This document shows positions 31,679-35,330 of a stretch of DNA of 35,330 nucleotides, in pieces. The stretch lies in the IMG/VR virus record IMGVR_UViG_3300045988_136456; one strand, 5' to 3'. A program made the translations under genes and the position numbers. How positions within the stretch are numbered: position 1 is the stretch's first letter; every line of letters begins with the position of its first letter. The DNA comes from a virus. The notes below the pieces were generated by a model. That model was not told the origin of the DNA and did not search any database. It was given only the letters and a program-made list of their open reading frames with translations.

Positions 31679-33909
31679 TGAGTCTGAACACCGTAAAATA
31701 CAAAGGCGAGCTCCTCGCCGAGGACGAGCGCATCAGCACCGACACCCCCGGCGTGCTGGGCGAGTACAAGGAGCTGCGCGCGGACGCGCTCGAGGCGGAC
31801 ACGCTCGACATCACCGTTTTGTCCGAATCGGGCACGATCCGGAATTTCAAGAAAAACGACAAGGTCGAGTATTTCCGCTCCGGCAGCCGCGTCGGCGTCT
31901 ACTACCTGCAGAGCGTCACGCGTGTGGGGCCGAAGCTCTACACGCTCTCTGCGCTTTCCGCGGTCGGGCTGCTGATCGTCCGGCCGCACCGCGGCGGCAT
32001 TTACACCGGGCAGACGGTCGCCGAGGTAGTCGCGGAGATCTGCGGCGACATCCCCGTGCTCATCGAGACCGTCTACCGCGGCATCAAGCTCTACGGCTGG
32101 CTGCCCATCGCCTCGGCGCGCGACAGCCTCGTGCAGGTGCTCTTTGCCATCGGCGCGTGGCTGCACACGGACGAGAACGGCACGCTGCGCGTGCAGAAGC
32201 TCTGGGACGGCACGGCGAGCATCATCGGCCCCGGGAGCGTCCACGCTGCGAACATCCAGGTCAAGTACCTCGACCCCGTCAGCGCGGTCGCCGTCACCGA
32301 GCACCAGTACATTGCCGGCACGGAGGACGTCACGCTCTTTGAGGGCACGGCCCAGCAGGGCGACGTGATCGAGTTTGACGAGCCGGCGCACACGCTCACG
32401 GCCGAGGGCTTCACCATCCTTGAGAGCGGCGCGAACTACGCCGTCCTCTCTGCGGGCACCGGCAAGCTCACCGGCAAAAGCTACGTCCACAACCGGCGCG
32501 TCGTCACGCGCACCGTGACCGAGGGCGCGGCGGAGAACGTCGAGGAGATCGCCGACGCGACGCTCGTTTCGCTGGTCAACTCCTCCGCGGTCGCGCAGCG
32601 CATGGCAGCCTATTACGCCTGCCGCGAGCAGCTCACCGTGGACGTTAACCCAGCAGCCGAGCACGCCGGGCACGTCGTCTCGCTCTGGAACGAGTGGGAC
32701 AAACAGCAGACGCTCGCCTGCATCGCCTCGCGCGAGACGAAGATCTCCGGGCTGCTCAAGTCCCGCACCTCGGCGCTCGTCGGCTTTCTTCCTCCGCAGC
32801 CGGAATCATCGGAGTATTTTGATGAGCGCGTCATCCTCACGGGCTCGGGCGAGTGGACGGTCCCGGAGGGCGTGACGAGCTACACCCGCGTCCTTATCGG
32901 CGGCGGGCAGGGCGGCGCAAGCGGGTTAAAAGGCGGCGATCCGCCTGCACAGGTCGTAACATCAGAATCAAGCTCTGTCACGGATAGTTCCGACCGCTAT
33001 GTCGGAATGCTTTGGACGGAAGGCGGCGCAGGCGGCGAAGCCGGTCTTGGCGGCATGGGCGGGAAAATACTTATTGAAACAGTCCAGAATGCCGTGCCCG
33101 GAACCGAAGTGCCGTATTCGTGCGGGGTTGGCGGCGCAGGAGGCATTTATGCTGCCGACGGCAGCGTGAATGGCTCTGAGGGGACCGCGACCACGATGGG
33201 CGGCTCGTCCAGCAACAGCGGCTCACACAGCGAAAACGGATACACTGACCCGACGACCGGAGAAAGGTTTTCCCTCAAAGGCGACACCGGTATTGCAGGC
33301 TCAAAAGGCCACGGGAAAGTTAAAGAAGGTACTGGCTACGTTGACCAACCAAGCCCAGCAATTACCTATAATGGCGTGACCTATACACAGGGCGCAGACG
33401 GCGGAGCATCCGAGGCATCTAACGGCGGGTACAAAGACGAACCGTATCATTCGATGGGTTGGTCTTACGATCAAGCACTTGGCGGAGGCCCCGCAGCCGG
33501 AAACAATGGTTCGGCAGGCGGGAATGGATCTGGCTATATTTATTCGAATGGCGCACGGGTCACAACGGGCCCCGGCGGAAAAGGGGGAGATGCGGTTGCG
33601 CCCCCAAAAGAAACCGCTGGACGTGGAAAAGGCGGGAAAGGCGGAAATGGTGGCGGAGGCGGTGGAAGCGCTGGACGCGGTTCATCGTGGCAACGGTGGC
33701 CCAATAAAGGCTATACCGTAAGTCAAGCCAACCTCAGTGCATCTTCCGGCGGCAGCAACGGCGGCGGCAAGGGCTCGGACGGCGGGCAAGGCGGCGACGG
33801 CTGCATCATCATCTACTACCGCAAGAAAAAAGAGCTTCAGTCCGGCCCGCTCGTGACCAGCAACAACCTTGGCCTGCTCGATTCTCTCGGGCGGAGAATG
33901 ATCGTTTAA
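31678..33909 (+). CDS. Tail tip / host-specificity protein with a C-terminal glycine-rich domain
   Basis: TGATG overlap with the previous gene. 743 aa. C-terminal GGGQGGASGLKGG...GGKGSDGGQGGDGCIIIYY. Confidence 0.7.
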   Translation: MSLNTVKYKGELLAEDERISTDTPGVLGEYKELRADALEADTLDITVLSESGTIRNFKKNDKVEYFRSGSRVGVYYLQSVTRVGPKLYTLSALSAVGLLIVRPHRGGIYTGQTVAEVVAEICGDIPVLIETVYRGIKLYGWLPIASARDSLVQVLFAIGAWLHTDENGTLRVQKLWDGTASIIGPGSVHAANIQVKYLDPVSAVAVTEHQYIAGTEDVTLFEGTAQQGDVIEFDEPAHTLTAEGFTILESGANYAVLSAGTGKLTGKSYVHNRRVVTRTVTEGAAENVEEIADATLVSLVNSSAVAQRMAAYYACREQLTVDVNPAAEHAGHVVSLWNEWDKQQTLACIASRETKISGLLKSRTSALVGFLPPQPESSEYFDERVILTGSGEWTVPEGVTSYTRVLIGGGQGGASGLKGGDPPAQVVTSESSSVTDSSDRYVGMLWTEGGAGGEAGLGGMGGKILIETVQNAVPGTEVPYSCGVGGAGGIYAADGSVNGSEGTATTMGGSSSNSGSHSENGYTDPTTGERFSLKGDTGIAGSKGHGKVKEGTGYVDQPSPAITYNGVTYTQGADGGASEASNGGYKDEPYHSMGWSYDQALGGGPAAGNNGSAGGNGSGYIYSNGARVTTGPGGKGGDAVAPPKETAGRGKGGKGGNGGGGGGSAGRGSSWQRWPNKGYTVSQANLSASSGGSNGGGKGSDGGQGGDGCIIIYYRKKKELQSGPLVTSNNLGLLDSLGRRMIV
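31821..31835. repeat. Degenerate palindrome family copy (GTCCGAATCGGGCAC)
   Basis: The right half-site is intact. The left half lacks 2 nt. Confidence 0.5.
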
Positions 33910-33920
33910 GGAGGTTTTTT

Positions 33921-34094
33921 ATGCCGAACGATTATTACACCATGCTCTACACCGGCGAGAAGACCGACGAGCTATTGCAGCGCGTGGACGAGGGCGAGAT
34001 CATCCTCCCCTCCTCGACGGCGGGCAGCACGAAAAAATTCAAACTGACGGTGGACGACACCGGCGCCGTCAGCGCAACGGAGGTGACGACGTAA
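33921..34094 (+). CDS. Small hypothetical protein (57 aa), not in the ORF track
   Basis: AAGGAGG RBS. Translates to MPNDYYTMLYTGEKTDELLQRVDEGEIILPSSTAGSTKKFKLTVDDTGAVSATEVTT. TAATG overlap with the next gene. Confidence 0.55.
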   Translation: MPNDYYTMLYTGEKTDELLQRVDEGEIILPSSTAGSTKKFKLTVDDTGAVSATEVTT

Positions 34095-34390
34095 TGGTAC
34101 AGGGCGACGCTTACTCCATCGACGTGGAGATCACCAACGAGGGCCAGGCACTCAGCCCCTCCTCCGTCTCTCTGGTCGAGATCGCGCTGCTGAACCTCGT
34201 CAAGACCTATCCGGGCGATGTCACGTTTTCCGACGGCAAATTTCACTTTCCCCTCACGCAGACGGAGACCTTCGGGCTTCCGACCGTCTGCCCCATGCAG
34301 GTGCGTGTGAAGTTCCCGAGCGGCGACGTGATCGGCTCGGAAATGCAGCAGATCGATGTTAAACGCGCGCTCAGCAGGGCGGTGATCTGA
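34094..34390 (+). CDS. Hypothetical tail-fibre-region protein
   Basis: Translationally coupled to both neighbours. Confidence 0.55.
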   Translation: MVQGDAYSIDVEITNEGQALSPSSVSLVEIALLNLVKTYPGDVTFSDGKFHFPLTQTETFGLPTVCPMQVRVKFPSGDVIGSEMQQIDVKRALSRAVI

Positions 34391-34668
34391 TGGCTGCGAT
34401 CACGTTTGACGTCGGCAGGAAAAAGGCAGCCTTTTCCCTCGGGACGCCGGCGGCCATCGGCATCGGCTTCCATGTTTCGGTCCGTGAGGTCGGCGGCGAG
34501 CCGTATGACGGCCCATATACCGTGACGCCCGACTTTGAGACGCAGGAGCTTGCCACAAAGGACAGGCTTCTGAAAGACAATGTGACTGTTGATCCCATTG
34601 CAGTCGCCCGCGTGGAAAACCCCGCGGGCGGAAAAACAATTTTTATCGGAGGTATTTTCAATGGCTGA
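34390..34668 (+). CDS. Hypothetical tail-fibre-region protein sharing a C-terminal motif with the next gene
   Basis: DNVTVDPIAVARVENPAGGKTIFIG compared with SSVTVAAIPIAYTDNAQGGKTVTIG. Confidence 0.55.
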   Translation: MAAITFDVGRKKAAFSLGTPAAIGIGFHVSVREVGGEPYDGPYTVTPDFETQELATKDRLLKDNVTVDPIAVARVENPAGGKTIFIGGIFNG

Positions 34669-35251
34669 AAATCAGTACAACAGCAAAATCGTACTCTCGA
34701 GCGGCGAAGTCCTCATGGACCTCACTCAGGACACCGTGGTCGCGGACAAGCTCCTCAAGGGCTTTACCGCGCACGGCAAGGACGGCGCGCCCATCACCGG
34801 CTCCTGCGAATTTGACGCGGACACCGGCGACGCCACCGCGGGCGCGGCGGAAATTCTGACCGGCAAGACGGCCTATGTCACCGGCAGCAAGGTCACCGGT
34901 ACCATGCCGAACAACGGGGCCAAGACGCTCAGCATCACGGAAAAGGGTAAGCCGGTCACCATCCCCCAGGGCTACCACGACGGCAGCGGCAAGGCGCAGA
35001 TCGACGCAGCCGAAGAGGCGAAGCTGATCCCCGCCAACATTCGCGAGGGCATCACCGTCCTCGGCGTGCTCGGCACGATGTCCGGCAGCGAGGGCATGAA
35101 GCCGCAGGCCAAGAACGTCACACCCACGTTCGCCTCGCAGGAGGTTCTGCCCGACGAGGAGTACAATTGCCTCAGCTCCGTCACGGTGGCGGCGATCCCG
35201 ATTGCCTACACCGACAATGCGCAGGGAGGCAAGACGGTCACCATCGGCTGA
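34661..35251 (+). CDS. Tail fibre / receptor-binding candidate
   Basis: The N-terminal module is shared with 74-340. Contains ILTGKTAYVTGSKVTGTMPNNG. Confidence 0.6.
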   Translation: MAENQYNSKIVLSSGEVLMDLTQDTVVADKLLKGFTAHGKDGAPITGSCEFDADTGDATAGAAEILTGKTAYVTGSKVTGTMPNNGAKTLSITEKGKPVTIPQGYHDGSGKAQIDAAEEAKLIPANIREGITVLGVLGTMSGSEGMKPQAKNVTPTFASQEVLPDEEYNCLSSVTVAAIPIAYTDNAQGGKTVTIG

Positions 35252-35262
35252 GGAGGTGCGGC

Positions 35263-35330
35263 ATGGCCAACAACAAAGTCCAGCTCAGCGACGGAACAGT
35301 CCTGCTTGACCTGACCGGGGACACCGTAAC
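35263..35330 (+). CDS. Duplicate 5' part of CDS 74-340, within the assembly overlap
   Basis: Lies inside the 141-bp terminal repeat. Confidence 0.9.
   Translation, partial: MANNKVQLSDGTVLLDLTGDTV

Noticed and set aside
33000-33800. Gly-rich repeats as a possible DGR variable region or a CRISPR-like repeat
   Set aside because: There is no reverse transcriptase gene, no template-repeat copy elsewhere in the window, and no regular repeat-spacer periodicity. The repetition is at the amino-acid level only (GGxGG).
1-35330. tRNA, rRNA and CRISPR arrays
   Set aside because: No repeat-spacer array and no rRNA-like stretch were seen. I did not recognise any cloverleaf-like tRNA by eye, but a tRNA scan would be needed to exclude one, especially in 5313-5767 and 20535-21191.

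Overview
The window is a complete, circularly closed genome of a temperate tailed phage. Bases 1-141 repeat exactly at 35190-35330, giving a unit length of 35189 bp. The head and tail genes are HK97-like and siphovirus-type. GC is high and the RBSs are GGAGG-type; a Clostridia-like Gram-positive host is inference only. Nearly all genes are on the + strand and tightly packed.

Module order:
- Tail-fibre region: 34094-35251, continuing across the junction to 74-1546.
- Accessory island, 1548-3911: a protein with two sigma-70 region-4 repeats, a roughly 370-nt ORF-free element closed by an inverted repeat, a shortened ThyX-like protein, and a small ORF.
- Lysis cassette, 3963-5312: XhlA-like protein, membrane protein, frameshifted Dp-1-type holin, CHAP endolysin.
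- Candidate attP (5313-5767) and tyrosine integrase (5768-6799, minus strand).
- Mosaic lysogeny region, 6904-10846: an unannotated type I toxin-antitoxin candidate, a repressor remnant, a HIRAN-like membrane protein, an XRE repressor, a low-GC DUF4145 gene, Cro-like and Xis-like HTH proteins.
- Replication and partition, 10937-15525: DnaD-like, DnaB-like, ParA, ParB fusion.
- Small early genes, then an HUH Rep-like gene, a Cys-rich KTR gene and an HNH gene (19194-20534).
- A 657-nt ORF-free, hairpin-dense stretch (20535-21191).
- Packaging, head and tail genes, 21192-33909: TerS, TerL, portal, protease, capsid, connectors, major tail protein, G/GT frameshift, tape measure, tail tip protein.

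Most interesting observations:
1. A 15-25 bp perfect palindrome family (GTGCCCGAWTCGGGCAC) dispersed at about 8 sites. These may be centromere or regulator sites, or RNA hairpins.
2. A 29-aa Hol-Tox-like peptide gene with a convergent small RNA.
3. The 657-nt candidate structured RNA or cos region.
4. A 29-bp long-range helix whose only two mismatches become G-U pairs in the + strand RNA.

No CRISPR array, rRNA, reverse transcriptase or transposase was seen. No tRNA was recognised by eye.
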